Virus record (IMG/VR): IMGVR_UViG_3300032328_000698
Span: 1 to 38,382 of that record
Strand: one strand, 5' to 3'
Source of the DNA: a virus
Taxonomy: Duplodnaviria > Caudoviricetes
DNA: 38,382 nucleotides
This document shows positions 7,781 to 17,803 of this stretch, one piece after another. Under the pieces are notes generated by a model, which was not told the origin of the DNA, did no database searches, and saw nothing but the letters and a program-made list of their open reading frames with translations. Every line of letters starts with the position of its first letter. Position 1 is the first letter of the stretch. The translations under genes and the position numbers were made by a program.

Positions 7781-10443
7781 TCAAATGAAAATAAACTTGT
7801 AAATGTGTTGGCTGTGTTGGTACTGGATTTCAAATCCCATCCCAGCACACCCAAGAGATTGTCGATCTTCTGATCCACCACTGTGGCTTCCATTCCGCCA
7901 TCATCAAAAGGCAAGTCTTTGAACCACTGCGGCAAGTGCATCTCATCTGTGGGATAACCGATACTGGTCCAACCCAGTGCATTGCCTTTGAGTTTGCATA
8001 CGATGGTCTTCATGCCATCCACGATCTGCATGGAGTAGTTGTCAGAGTTCATTCTACGCAAGGTGTTCCAGTTCAGTGCTGCTCGCACATGTCCGGGCAT
8101 GTTGGCTTTGCCTTCGCGTTCTTCCGCCTTGCCGTACTTGGTCAAGTTGTTCACACGCTTGGGACTGCCTTTCTCCCAACCTGGTCGCTCCATGAATACA
8201 TATTTGAACTCTCTTATTCGTGCCACGATCTCTTCTCTCTGTGTTCCTGTTAGTACCTTATTTAGAATCTCGCTAAGGAACTCTTGAATAATCACAGGTG
8301 TGTCACTTCGTTTCAAATCCAAGCCCATGGCCTTGACTTTGCCGGGCTTGCCGTTCACATCCACACGCTTGTTTTCTTTGTCGATGTACAGCACAGCATA
8401 ACGCTTCTTGGTGATGAACAGGCCAGTTCTGGCCACAATCTCTCTGCCGCCGCGTATCACAGATCCCATCTCTCTTGGACTGTGGAACGCCTGTTCCATA
8501 AAGCCCGGGAACGATTCGTTCACTTGATCTGCTATGGAGTTGTACAGCGAGATACAAGTTTCAGCGGACCATTCCATGCGACCCTCTGCGACTTCTTTCT
8601 CTAGCATGGGCCAAGCTGAGAAGTAACATGAGTCTGTGTCACCATAGATGATGGATTTGCCCACATGGTCATATTCACCTGTGATGCATTCATTCACATA
8701 TGCATCCATGTGCTTGGCAATGGTGCGGCCTACTAATGTGGTGGATTGTCCAATGCGTTTGTCAAAGAATCTACAGCCTGGATTCAATATAGCACCATAC
8801 AGGCTGTTCAAGTTAATCTTCTTGACCAGTTGTCGTTTGTCCCAGTATTCAAACTGCACATCATCCTTGCCTTCGTATTCTCTGGCTTTCTTCTGCATGT
8901 CCTTGCGTTCTGCATACCAACGCTTGAGCAAGCCGGGAATCACTGCTTCTTTTTCGTAAGTGAAGATGGTACCATTGGCACTCAAGATCCAAGGCTGATT
9001 TGAATCAAAGATCATCTTCCATATCTCAGCAGCAGAGTGTACAGTTTCCCCTCCATCTTGCCAGTCTATAGTGATCTCTGTGCCGCGTTGTTGTTCCATC
9101 ACGGCAGAGTATTCCAGGCTGGCAAACAATCCTTCCCAAGCAGCAGCAAAGCTGTCTCCCCGGGCCATCTTGTCTTGGATCAGCCTGTCAGTCATTATGG
9201 GCCGAAGTTGACCGACAATGGTTTCCTGCCCCATGTTGAGGGCCCTAATAGCACTGGGATAGAGCGAGTTGATGTCGATGGAACCAATCCATTCGTGGAT
9301 GCCTTTTTTGGGATAAGCAACATAGGCACCTGCGGCTTGCGTGTCTTCATCTGAGAGTCTTTCTTTACGGTTAGGAACTACCATACCACGCTCATGAGCT
9401 TCCACGATGATGGCCTGCTCAGTCACTGCCACTGCACCCATTGTGGTCTGCAATAGCACGGTATTTTCATGCGCCAGTGTGTTGGCTAGACTCAAGAAAC
9501 GCAGTTTCTTATCCAGCTTGCCTATCAACATTGTGTCTTGGCGATTGTAATCAATAAAGGTCTTGAAGTTCTGATTGTAAAGTTGATCCAAGGTTCCTTC
9601 GAACGCAGTCTTGCGACCAATCTCTTCGTATTCACCAATGGCATCCAAGCTATAACTGTGCCTCTCTTCATAGGTGTATTTGCGATACAGTTGCATATAG
9701 TCCATATGCACCCGCCCTACCAAGTCAAAGGTCTCGTTCTCTGCACCAAAGCGTTCGAACATGCGTTGCTTGGGAAATTGATTCCACAAACACATGCGCC
9801 GTGTGTCATCCTTGGATAGCACTCTGCTGATACGATTCACTGTGTAAGGAATGTCATAGCCTTCAGAGTTCCATCCAGTAAGGATGTCTGCGTCTTGGAT
9901 CAAGTCCAAGAATGATTTCAGCATGTCTGCTTCTTTTTCAAACACAAAGCAGTTGGTGAATTCGTTGGCGATATCCTGTGCAGTCTCCATGCTCATGTGG
10001 CGCGGTGGCACTACTAATGTGACCAGTTGATCCAACCAATCCATGTATACGGATATGGCTGTGACCGGATTGAATGGATCGCTCACCGGTGAGAATCCGC
10101 GCTCAGGATCGAAGTCTACTTCAATGTCAAAAAATGCTGTGTGCAGTTTTGGACCGTCTTGGCCTTTGTAGTTGTCCTCTAGGCAGCGGAAGATAGGATT
10201 GATGTCACTCTCGTAGATCTTCTTGCTGCTATGCATCCGTACTTCTTTACGAAACTCTTTGTTGTTTCTACTGGAGAATCTACTTACAGGTGTGCCATAG
10301 ATTGATTGAAACTTACCTCTAGGGTCGTCATAGTAGAAAACATAGTTGGCCGGATATTCGCGATAGACTCTCTCACCGTTTTTCCTCTCAACCACATGTA
10401 TTCGATCGTGTGCTCGATCATAAAGTGCGTCAACATAACTCAT
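7777..10443 (-). CDS. B-family DNA polymerase (T4 gp43-like) with 3'-5' exonuclease
   Basis: ExoI FFDIEV, ExoII GWNSEGYDIPY, ExoIII YNRQD; polymerase motifs DINSLYPS, KINLNSLYG, YGDTDS, KKRY. Start reassigned to MSYVD (10443, ATGA overlap). Confidence 0.97.
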   Translation of the reverse strand: MSYVDALYDRAHDRIHVVERKNGERVYREYPANYVFYYDDPRGKFQSIYGTPVSRFSSRNNKEFRKEVRMHSSKKIYESDINPIFRCLEDNYKGQDGPKLHTAFFDIEVDFDPERGFSPVSDPFNPVTAISVYMDWLDQLVTLVVPPRHMSMETAQDIANEFTNCFVFEKEADMLKSFLDLIQDADILTGWNSEGYDIPYTVNRISRVLSKDDTRRMCLWNQFPKQRMFERFGAENETFDLVGRVHMDYMQLYRKYTYEERHSYSLDAIGEYEEIGRKTAFEGTLDQLYNQNFKTFIDYNRQDTMLIGKLDKKLRFLSLANTLAHENTVLLQTTMGAVAVTEQAIIVEAHERGMVVPNRKERLSDEDTQAAGAYVAYPKKGIHEWIGSIDINSLYPSAIRALNMGQETIVGQLRPIMTDRLIQDKMARGDSFAAAWEGLFASLEYSAVMEQQRGTEITIDWQDGGETVHSAAEIWKMIFDSNQPWILSANGTIFTYEKEAVIPGLLKRWYAERKDMQKKAREYEGKDDVQFEYWDKRQLVKKINLNSLYGAILNPGCRFFDKRIGQSTTLVGRTIAKHMDAYVNECITGEYDHVGKSIIYGDTDSCYFSAWPMLEKEVAEGRMEWSAETCISLYNSIADQVNESFPGFMEQAFHSPREMGSVIRGGREIVARTGLFITKKRYAVLYIDKENKRVDVNGKPGKVKAMGLDLKRSDTPVIIQEFLSEILNKVLTGTQREEIVARIREFKYVFMERPGWEKGSPKRVNNLTKYGKAEEREGKANMPGHVRAALNWNTLRRMNSDNYSMQIVDGMKTIVCKLKGNALGWTSIGYPTDEMHLPQWFKDLPFDDGGMEATVVDQKIDNLLGVLGWDLKSSTNTANTFTSLFSFE

Positions 10444-10958
10444 CGAGCTCTCCCTGTTTCTTTCAATGACTGATAACAAGTATACACTTCATCGATATTT
10501 TTTACAAGTTGTTGATATCTATTTGGCGATTTCTGCATGCTATACTGAGTTTTTTCTACTATGTTAAACTGCCCAAACAAGTACCAAGGGTCATTGATGA
10601 GATCTTCAAACCACACTTCGACCACCTGACGATAGCAGGAGAGATCCAGATCTTTGTAGTAATCTTCGTGTGCCTGGACGAATGCACTGAAACTGTTGAG
10701 ATTGATGCTGAATTGATCAAACTCTTGACCAGAGTACACATTCATCTCTCCGGTATGCAGCATGACAAAATGGCTGCATATACAATCAAACACATTTCGA
10801 CGCCGGGTAACCACTGCTGTGAAATCATCACTGGGAGGGAGATATAATCTATCATGAGTGTGTTCAACGAACACCCCAAAGTAATTGCTGAGATTGTGCC
10901 GAACCAGTGTAGATCCGGTTCTCGGGAAGGCGGTTATTACAAATTTTTTATTAAACAT
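10440..10958 (-). CDS. Sulfotransferase-domain protein
   Basis: ITAFPRTGSTLV (5'-PSB loop), RRNVFDCICS (3'-PB-like) and VWFEDL. Confidence 0.7.
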   Translation of the reverse strand: MFNKKFVITAFPRTGSTLVRHNLSNYFGVFVEHTHDRLYLPPSDDFTAVVTRRRNVFDCICSHFVMLHTGEMNVYSGQEFDQFSINLNSFSAFVQAHEDYYKDLDLSCYRQVVEVWFEDLINDPWYLFGQFNIVEKTQYSMQKSPNRYQQLVKNIDEVYTCYQSLKETGRAR

Positions 10959-11010
10959 AGTCCGTTTATGGCCGGTAAGCCGTGATTCATGTTCGTAAAG
11001 TGAACGACTC

Positions 11011-11319
11011 TCAATTGCCGTGTGATAGCAATCTGATCAGCCCTATGCTGTCTATAATACTTATTATCAGATAGTTGCCTAGGATTCCAAAACTACCTCG
11101 GGTATATGCACACCAGGACATGATCACGCATCCAGTGATGTATGCTATGTACAGTTTTACAAATGGCAGGTCGGGCACCATGAAAGCATAAGTCAGGCTA
11201 CATCCTAGTGAGATGCCCCATACCAGCACTTCCAAACAGAACCTTAACGGATATGCACGAAAATCTTCTCGCACATAATCCGCCACGCTGGTACGCCATT
11301 CGGCGAAACTTTGCTTCAA
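11011..11319 (-). CDS. Small membrane protein (about 3 TM helices)
   Basis: Three hydrophobic stretches; TTG start overlaps the upstream stop. Confidence 0.65.
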   Translation of the reverse strand: MKQSFAEWRTSVADYVREDFRAYPLRFCLEVLVWGISLGCSLTYAFMVPDLPFVKLYIAYITGCVIMSWCAYTRGSFGILGNYLIISIIDSIGLIRLLSHGN

Positions 11320-11570
11320 AGAGTCTTGCCTACAGTTTCCAAGATGGTTTCTAGTTGTTCGTGATCTTGTTTGGCTTTACCAAATTCGGCCTTGTGTGCC
11401 AGTTTGATGGCTTTCTTCAGCACAGCCGGTTTGATCTCCAGTTCTTCCGCGATGGCCTTGATAGTGTCATTGAGTCCAGCACTGAGTGTGTCTACTTCGT
11501 GCATGACCTGCATGCCTTCGTTGATGATCTGTGTGAGTTTGATCTTCTGTTCGCCGTTAAAAGTTTTCAT
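11316..11570 (-). CDS. T4 DsbA/GapR-like dsDNA-binding protein
   Basis: 84 aa helical protein with IKAIAEELEIKPAVLKKAIKLAHK pattern; GGAG SD; first gene after a sigma70 promoter. Confidence 0.65.
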   Translation of the reverse strand: MKTFNGEQKIKLTQIINEGMQVMHEVDTLSAGLNDTIKAIAEELEIKPAVLKKAIKLAHKAEFGKAKQDHEQLETILETVGKTL

Positions 11571-11591
11571 TGTGTTCTCCAGTAAAAGTAT

Positions 11592-11620
11592 ATTATAGTT
11601 GGTCTAGCTGATAAATTCAA
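11592..11620 (-). promoter_or_regulatory. Sigma70-type promoter TTGAAT-N17-TATAAT heading the replication operon
   Basis: TTGAAT (11620-11615), 17-nt spacer, TATAAT (11597-11592), then GGAG (11580-11577) and ATG at 11570. Confidence 0.8.
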
Positions 11621-12749
11621 GTGTTTTGGCCAATTGCTGTTCTGCTCTTTTGGTATACCAATCGTAGATGGTTCTCATGACTCGGACATTGTTCTCAAAT
11701 CTCGGTCGGCATTGGGTCCAAGATTGCTTAACATAATCCAAATCGGTAAGCAATCTGCGGTTGGAGTCAATGGCAGTAGTGATACGATCAAATGGGTTCT
11801 CAATGAGATCATAGCCATGATCAACTACATCATCAAACACATCTAGCCCTAATTCTCTGAGATGTGCTATGATACCAACACCACCAAGGATGATAGGAAA
11901 GTTACAGCCATAAAAAGCATGGGCTGTTTTTTCTGTGATAAAAAAAGCCGGTTCAAGAAATGACGATTCGGTCACTATTTCTACAAAACTGTTTTGATAC
12001 ATAGCTCGTAATCGGTTTTCAAAATTACCTATGTTATCGTTTGCTTTTTTACCATACTGACGATAAATCTCATATGCATCATCATCGAGATTAGTTTGAG
12101 TTTTCATCAATTCAAATCCGGTGAGTATTTTGTTTCTTATATCTGTGTGAGTTGGCCCAAACTCCCAATTCACACGATCTAATAATACCTCAGGATTTCC
12201 TGTTGGATTTTTTAAATAAGTGATTACACCGTGACCGGCGTACCCGGCACCAAACAGATAGCTTAACACTATCAATCGATGTGGCCTAACATGTCTATTC
12301 AAACAAACAAAGGCTCGATCACTGTCGAAATTCTTATCGAGTACAGGGGCTAACACACTATATCCAGCTCGTTGATTTACCCAATCACCTCCCCAGGGTA
12401 TAATGTGTAAATTAGGTTGTTGCAGTTCGATGTCTAGATTTTCTACACTGGTAAACAAAATAATTTTTGTATCTGGATGCCGTTTTACAAATCCTTCGAT
12501 GCTGATAGTTCCTGATTGCTGTGTGTCTTGCCACCAATTGAATGTTGCCCAAATGTCTAATAGATCTTTGACTCCAATAATTACCAACGGCGCATGGCAA
12601 TTGACATTTTGAAAGAATCTATCCACGATCAGAGCATGGCAACTCCACATATAATAAGATTCCACATCACCATTGATTTTATCTATTGTATCTCGGAACC
12701 AAGGATAGGTAAAATCATCAGTAGGCGGCTTGGATATAACATAAGTCAT
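11604..12749 (-). CDS. Glycosyltransferase-like protein (GT10/fucosyltransferase-like C-terminus)
   Basis: FVCLNRHVRPHR and IVTES...FITEKT..AF....PIILG resemble the GT10 E...Y/FITEK motif. Confidence 0.5.
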   Translation of the reverse strand: MTYVISKPPTDDFTYPWFRDTIDKINGDVESYYMWSCHALIVDRFFQNVNCHAPLVIIGVKDLLDIWATFNWWQDTQQSGTISIEGFVKRHPDTKIILFTSVENLDIELQQPNLHIIPWGGDWVNQRAGYSVLAPVLDKNFDSDRAFVCLNRHVRPHRLIVLSYLFGAGYAGHGVITYLKNPTGNPEVLLDRVNWEFGPTHTDIRNKILTGFELMKTQTNLDDDAYEIYRQYGKKANDNIGNFENRLRAMYQNSFVEIVTESSFLEPAFFITEKTAHAFYGCNFPIILGGVGIIAHLRELGLDVFDDVVDHGYDLIENPFDRITTAIDSNRRLLTDLDYVKQSWTQCRPRFENNVRVMRTIYDWYTKRAEQQLAKTLEFIS

Positions 12750-13381
12750 AATCGGTTTACTCTAGACGAGTACCAATCTTTTCGTAAAATCAGTGCTTGT
12801 TCTAATAACGGAGAGATCTGCATCTCTGCACACACACGCTGATACTCTTGAACAAAAGTCTGATCACTCTCTAGTAGTCGAGTAAGACTGATTGGTTTCA
12901 TGCTATGTTGATGTTTGAAGTATTCAAATTGTTCTTGCTCTTGTGGGCGAACTTGGAATCGTAATTTTTGTTGTTCAGAGTCCACCCAGTCTTTCCAAAC
13001 TTTAAGATCAAGATCCACATAGTAAAATTCTGAATCCTCATCGCCTGAAAAATCTTGACCAAATTCATATGGATGCAACGGAAATACTATCCTGGAATAT
13101 TTGCGATTACAAAACACATTGAGCAATCTATAGTGAAGATATTCCTTGTGATCTGCATAGGCACGATGAAATTCTTGCCAGGTATTGAATTCTGTGGCTA
13201 CTGTAGAAAATTGATAATTTGCCAATCGATCAAAGGTGTCAGATATCTCCGTACCATGATCAATGTATTCAGTCATCATTGATTGACGGATCAATGGCAT
13301 GGTCTCTGGACCGAGAGAAAACAATCTACATACAAAATTCCCTGCATGTCCGGGCATGTATAGCACTATTACTGTTTTCAT
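12746..13381 (-). CDS. Hypothetical protein, sulfotransferase/P-loop-like N-terminus
   Basis: VIVLYMPGHAGNFVCRL N-terminal motif, similar in type to ORF 564-1436. Confidence 0.4.
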   Translation of the reverse strand: MKTVIVLYMPGHAGNFVCRLFSLGPETMPLIRQSMMTEYIDHGTEISDTFDRLANYQFSTVATEFNTWQEFHRAYADHKEYLHYRLLNVFCNRKYSRIVFPLHPYEFGQDFSGDEDSEFYYVDLDLKVWKDWVDSEQQKLRFQVRPQEQEQFEYFKHQHSMKPISLTRLLESDQTFVQEYQRVCAEMQISPLLEQALILRKDWYSSRVNRL

Positions 13382-13388
13382 CTTCTAC

Positions 13389-14099
13389 TTATAAGTATCT
13401 CAAGTAGTGACCAACATATTTTTGTGCTGTTTTTAGATCGTAATGATGCCCATCACGAGCATAGTCAATTTGACTGACATCTTGTATAAATTTAAGTTGT
13501 CGTTGATTCATAGCTTGATGAATTTTTGTGTCTAGATCAGTTTCATAATGAAAATCAAAATATTTAGGAATCCAACTGTGTATAATTTTCGTTGTAGTTG
13601 GCAACTGATCAACATTCTTTAAGAAATTTTCATAGTCGTTAAAATCATCAGAATTGTAGTGCAAAGTTCTTGCTTCGTCACCTAGTGCGGAATCCTCAAT
13701 TTCTCGACGATGTAGATATGACCACTGAATAAAAATAATTGGAGGAGTTACTGCGGTTATTAGATCAACAACTTTTCTAGAGATCCAATCGTTACTGGCA
13801 CCGTTCATGCTGACATTAACGGTCCTGATACCTGTTCGTTTTTCAAGTAACTGTGGCCATATTTCGTCAAACGGTTGGCCCATGCCCACAGTAAAACTAT
13901 CACCAAAGCACCATATAGCATTATCAAGATCTGCCGGCCATTCGTTATCTCTGAAACCTCGACTGTTGAATTTGTATGTTATATTTTTTTTGTAATTTAA
14001 CCAGTGTTTTTTATTCTTTGCTTCTTCAACACAATCTAGTCCAAGTACTGGATATGTTTGATTGATTTTAGATTCTACACGAAAGGCAGGTAATATCAT
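13389..14099 (-). CDS. SGNH/GDSL hydrolase-like protein
   Basis: Block I FGDSFTVG, block II NVSMNGASN, block V DGHH. Confidence 0.7.
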   Translation of the reverse strand: MILPAFRVESKINQTYPVLGLDCVEEAKNKKHWLNYKKNITYKFNSRGFRDNEWPADLDNAIWCFGDSFTVGMGQPFDEIWPQLLEKRTGIRTVNVSMNGASNDWISRKVVDLITAVTPPIIFIQWSYLHRREIEDSALGDEARTLHYNSDDFNDYENFLKNVDQLPTTTKIIHSWIPKYFDFHYETDLDTKIHQAMNQRQLKFIQDVSQIDYARDGHHYDLKTAQKYVGHYLRYL

Positions 14100-14104
14100 G
14101 ACGA

Positions 14105-14110
14105 TATTTA
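14105..14110 (-). promoter_or_regulatory. T4-like late-promoter core TAAATA
   Basis: CTAAATA ending 5 nt before the ATG at 14099. Confidence 0.5.
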
Positions 14111-14136
14111 GTGCTGTTATTACCTGATTAGCTAAA

Positions 14137-16503
14137 TTAACTGTTCACAATCCGGGCCATGAGTGCTCTGCGAGCAGCACGGCTTTCATCAACCTGTTTG
14201 GCATCGTTATCAAACTGTTTCTTTGTGGCTTTTACAATGCCGCTGAATCGTCGATCACCGCGTTTGAAATCACCCTCTTGATCGGCTTTTTTTGCATCAG
14301 CAGCAGCGGCTGTTTTGTATTGAGCCAATTTCTCGGTGCTGAGTTCGTTGATCTGACTTTGTTTGGCAGCAATCTTGGAAAGGTTGTCGCCGGGTTGTAC
14401 ACGGTAGGTAGACCCATCAGGCATGCTCAGTTTCATTCCGGTTCGGATAAGATTAGGGTTGGAGCCAATGGTGGCCTTGTTGAGAGCATAGATGGTTTTC
14501 CAATCTACTTTCTGTTTGGCAGCAGTAGCCGGTGCGTTTTGTTGTGCTGCCCAAGCACGAGCACGGTCTCTGGTGGCGGCGTCGATGTTGGGATTAGCAC
14601 CCGATCCATCTGCTGGTACCTGACTCTGGGTGGCTCGATCAAATTTAAATTTGCTTTTTGTAGTCATATCCAATGCCGGTGCATCTGCTGACTTCAAGGT
14701 CCTTGATTGAGGATCATATATCAAATTAGGCAATGCACTGGTTGCTGCGGCTGGTCCGCTGCCATATCTAGCAGGATCTTCGCCTTTTTCCACATATCTC
14801 CAACCTGTTGGTGCAGTGAAACGATTGTCTCCTCCTGCACTGCCGGTTGCAAATTTGCCTCCCCACTTTTGCATGTCAGGCAATGGATCTACCATGAGTC
14901 GTGGTTCGGCCTCAACTTCGGTTTCGCCGCCCACAAGTCCGGACCGGAAATCAAATTCAGGTTCGCCGCCTGTTTTACCCAAGCGATCAAACTTGGGACC
15001 GCTGCGTAGTGATCCCATGATATCCGGATCATCTATGGCCTTGCCCGATGAGGAAGCACCGGCAGCAGGTCGAGTCAGTGTATCGCTGCTGGTCAACTTC
15101 TCATCAATGCGTTTCATGTCCGCACGGATCGCAGCCTTGGCCTTGCCGTATTTCTTCATGAAGTCAGCGTCTGCCATGGTTTTGAGATCGTCGGCCAATT
15201 CTTTAACACGGCCTTCCCGGACCATGGCTCGTTTGAGTTTCATCATGAGTGTGTCGGATTCTTTGACATCTTTTTTCTTGTGTGAATCTTTAACGGCTTG
15301 GTTCAACTTGTCAAGAGCCCGGTCTTGCATTTGTTTACTGGTGATAGGTTTGACATATTGATCCGGGCCCGAGCGAGGACCGGTATCACGGCCTGGGGGA
15401 GTTTGTGATTTGTCCATCTCTGTCAAGCCTTCCGCCACACCTGGCCCGTACAATGCTAGACGCTTCCGCTCGTGGGCAATACTTTGTTGGATAGCAGCCT
15501 TGTCGGCATTGGGTTGTTTGAGTTGCGCTTGTAATCTTTCAATAGTGGCCCGTATAGCAGCCACATCCTTTTGATCACGCTTGGATAAGCCTTCCGTGAC
15601 ACCTTGCTCGGCAGGAGATAAGTTGTGATGCCGGGCTTGTTCTAGATCACGGGTGCCTATGATCTCTGCGTCATGCTTTTCGGCCCAGGCTATCATTTGG
15701 TCCGTGTTCCGAAAAGTCTTGTGCCAGGTGCGGCGATCCATACCACGAACACCGTGTGCTTCAATGGTATGACCCTGTGCAGCCTCTGCCAAGTCTTCAT
15801 CGGGATTTCTAACTTGCATTTTACGATGTCTACGCATGTTATCAAACGCAGCATCAGGATCGTTTTCCCAAACAGTTCTGCCTGTGCCGTTTACAATACG
15901 CCATTCGTCGTCGGCCGACTTTGGATCAGCATCCCATATGATTTGTATTTCTTCTTTGGCTCGGCCGAAGGTAGAGAATTGCTTGTCTGTAAAATAATTT
16001 CCAATGTATACTTTGAATGGTCCATACCCGCCTTCACCGCGAGCGAATTCATCTAACTGGCCAGCATTGTGTGCTTTCCATGCTGTGGCAAAAGCGATGC
16101 CTTTTTCCTTGGGTGTGAGTTTTCCATCCCGGGCATAGCCCTGTTTGATGTGCCGGACCATGCGTTCAGCTCGGGCACCTGGAGGGGCTACTTCTGACAC
16201 ACCACCATATGCTTGATTGGCATCAACTGGAGCAGCCGCAGGGCCGCTGAGAGCATCGTATTGTGCTTCGGCATCAATGCCTTTGGCTTTCAATGCAGCA
16301 GCCATGCGGGCTATCTCTGCAGGTATAGTAGCCAACTTAGCGGCATGTGCTGGATCACGACTCACTGCGGTATTTCCACCTCCACCGGTCATGGTTTGAT
16401 AACTGTCGTATTGTGCTCGCAGTCGGTTATATGCCAATTGCTCAGGTGATGCCATAGGGGCTTCTTCAAACACAGGGCGGGTGAATAGTTGGTCAATGAT
16501 CAT
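14137..16503 (-). CDS. Modular LysM-containing protein (788 aa), putative head-packaged polyprotein
   Basis: LysM elements WKTIYALNKATIGSNPNLIRTGMKL and YRVQPGDNLSKIA; short modules separated by VSE/LDE/LAE/VTE/VAE/VKE/INE/VDE linkers. Confidence 0.7.
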   Translation of the reverse strand: MIIDQLFTRPVFEEAPMASPEQLAYNRLRAQYDSYQTMTGGGGNTAVSRDPAHAAKLATIPAEIARMAAALKAKGIDAEAQYDALSGPAAAPVDANQAYGGVSEVAPPGARAERMVRHIKQGYARDGKLTPKEKGIAFATAWKAHNAGQLDEFARGEGGYGPFKVYIGNYFTDKQFSTFGRAKEEIQIIWDADPKSADDEWRIVNGTGRTVWENDPDAAFDNMRRHRKMQVRNPDEDLAEAAQGHTIEAHGVRGMDRRTWHKTFRNTDQMIAWAEKHDAEIIGTRDLEQARHHNLSPAEQGVTEGLSKRDQKDVAAIRATIERLQAQLKQPNADKAAIQQSIAHERKRLALYGPGVAEGLTEMDKSQTPPGRDTGPRSGPDQYVKPITSKQMQDRALDKLNQAVKDSHKKKDVKESDTLMMKLKRAMVREGRVKELADDLKTMADADFMKKYGKAKAAIRADMKRIDEKLTSSDTLTRPAAGASSSGKAIDDPDIMGSLRSGPKFDRLGKTGGEPEFDFRSGLVGGETEVEAEPRLMVDPLPDMQKWGGKFATGSAGGDNRFTAPTGWRYVEKGEDPARYGSGPAAATSALPNLIYDPQSRTLKSADAPALDMTTKSKFKFDRATQSQVPADGSGANPNIDAATRDRARAWAAQQNAPATAAKQKVDWKTIYALNKATIGSNPNLIRTGMKLSMPDGSTYRVQPGDNLSKIAAKQSQINELSTEKLAQYKTAAAADAKKADQEGDFKRGDRRFSGIVKATKKQFDNDAKQVDESRAARRALMARIVNS

Positions 16504-16504
16504 G

Positions 16505-17191
16505 TTATTTCTCTTCTAGATAGTCATCACCGGAATCTTGTGGCGGACCACGACGATGCGCTTGGAACATGTTCACAGCCATCTCTGCGTCATCCATTGA
16601 GCGGAAGCGGCTGGGCAACACACGATCACCAAGGCGTATCTCAAATCCCGAATCATCATCGCCATGGCACTCCAAGCAGGTGCCATCTTCCATTGTGAAT
16701 GTCTGTGCAAGTGTGGATTCACCCACGCTTACCGGGCTCATCATAGCAGTGCCCGACAGCATGGGTTCTTCTGTTTCACTGTATTCGTCTTGATTGCCAG
16801 CCTTGGCCGGATTCCGATCTTGCACCTGCTGAGCAGCTTGACGCACCAGTCGTTTTTTCTTGTTCGAGATCTCGTCATCTTTTTTGGCTTCGAGATAGTC
16901 CAGATACTGACCCAGATCTTGTTTCACACGGCTCAGCAGGTCCTCATCAATTGCACTCATGTGACGAGCCAACGCACTGGATTTCATGCTGTCACCTACC
17001 ATGTTCTTGCCCAGAGGTTTCTTTTGATTGTCGCTGCCCAGCACCGGTGATATGTTTTCCGGTTTGAACAAGGCAGGCAGTTGCGGCACTGACTTCTGTT
17101 GTTTGTTCAATCCGTGCTTCACAGACACCGGGGTCACATCCGATTCGATCACTCTCAGTCGGTCTAGGATCTTTGCTATGTCGTGGTTCAT
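16505..17191 (-). CDS. Hypothetical protein
   Basis: Start reassigned to MNHDIAK (17191, ATGA overlap with the dps stop); ends DDYLEEK. Confidence 0.7.
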   Translation of the reverse strand: MNHDIAKILDRLRVIESDVTPVSVKHGLNKQQKSVPQLPALFKPENISPVLGSDNQKKPLGKNMVGDSMKSSALARHMSAIDEDLLSRVKQDLGQYLDYLEAKKDDEISNKKKRLVRQAAQQVQDRNPAKAGNQDEYSETEEPMLSGTAMMSPVSVGESTLAQTFTMEDGTCLECHGDDDSGFEIRLGDRVLPSRFRSMDDAEMAVNMFQAHRRGPPQDSGDDYLEEK

Positions 17192-17628
17192 GCTCGTTCC
17201 GTTTTCAAATAACTGGTAAGTTGCCAACGATACTTGCCATGAGCACTGAGTCGTTCTGCTATGAAGTTGGCCACACCTTGTTCGTTGTCGTTGTTGGCTT
17301 CATCAAAGCAACGAGTCAATAGTTCCATCATCTGATCGTTGTTGACTTTGAGTTCTTCTAACATGAGTCGAGCACGGGGAATCTTTGTTTGCCCTGAGAT
17401 CTCCGTGAGTTCGCTAAAGCGTTCAAAACTGGCCGGAGCATATTCACCTAGATAGCGTATGTATTCTGCGGTGGGGTCAATGGCCGAATACGCATCTTCG
17501 TAGATGTTTTGAAAGAACTCATGCAGTTCGCCAAAGTCAGGACCCTCCACATTCCAGTGAAAGCCCTGGGCTTTTAGATAGTAGGCAAAATTAGTTGCCA
17601 GGAGCGTTTTTAAACTGTCTGCGAGCAT
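17188..17628 (-). CDS. dps: Dps-family DNA-protection ferritin
   Basis: HWNVEGPDFGELHEFFQNIYE and D..AEYIR.LG ferroxidase signatures; start MLADSLK (17628) with AAGGA SD. Confidence 0.92.
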   Translation of the reverse strand: MLADSLKTLLATNFAYYLKAQGFHWNVEGPDFGELHEFFQNIYEDAYSAIDPTAEYIRYLGEYAPASFERFSELTEISGQTKIPRARLMLEELKVNNDQMMELLTRCFDEANNDNEQGVANFIAERLSAHGKYRWQLTSYLKTERA

Positions 17629-17803
17629 GCTTGTTCCTTTTGTATTCTTTCGGCGTATTAGGAGTAGGATCCGTTGTGTATTTACCACTCAACATAGATC
17701 CGCCTGACCTTGTTTGCATGCCCAGGGGCTGACTCACTGTGGCCACGGATCCAGAGCCTGTGCTGCCACCACTTGCATCTTCCATTATTTCATGTGCTCT
17801 CAT
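17591..17803 (-). CDS. Small protein with MRAHEIME leader
   Basis: 70 aa; first 17 nt identical to the start of ORF 24746-25309. Confidence 0.6.
   Translation of the reverse strand: MRAHEIMEDASGGSTGSGSVATVSQPLGMQTRSGGSMLSGKYTTDPTPNTPKEYKRNKHARRQFKNAPGN

Noticed and set aside
7777-10443. Intein or intron in the DNA polymerase
   Set aside because: The length (~888 aa) and motif spacing are normal, and no splicing or homing-endonuclease motifs are visible.
13386-13397. 12-bp palindrome TACTTATAAGTA
   Set aside because: It is AT-rich and explained by overlap of a stop codon with a TATAAGTA late-promoter variant; no second copy was noticed.
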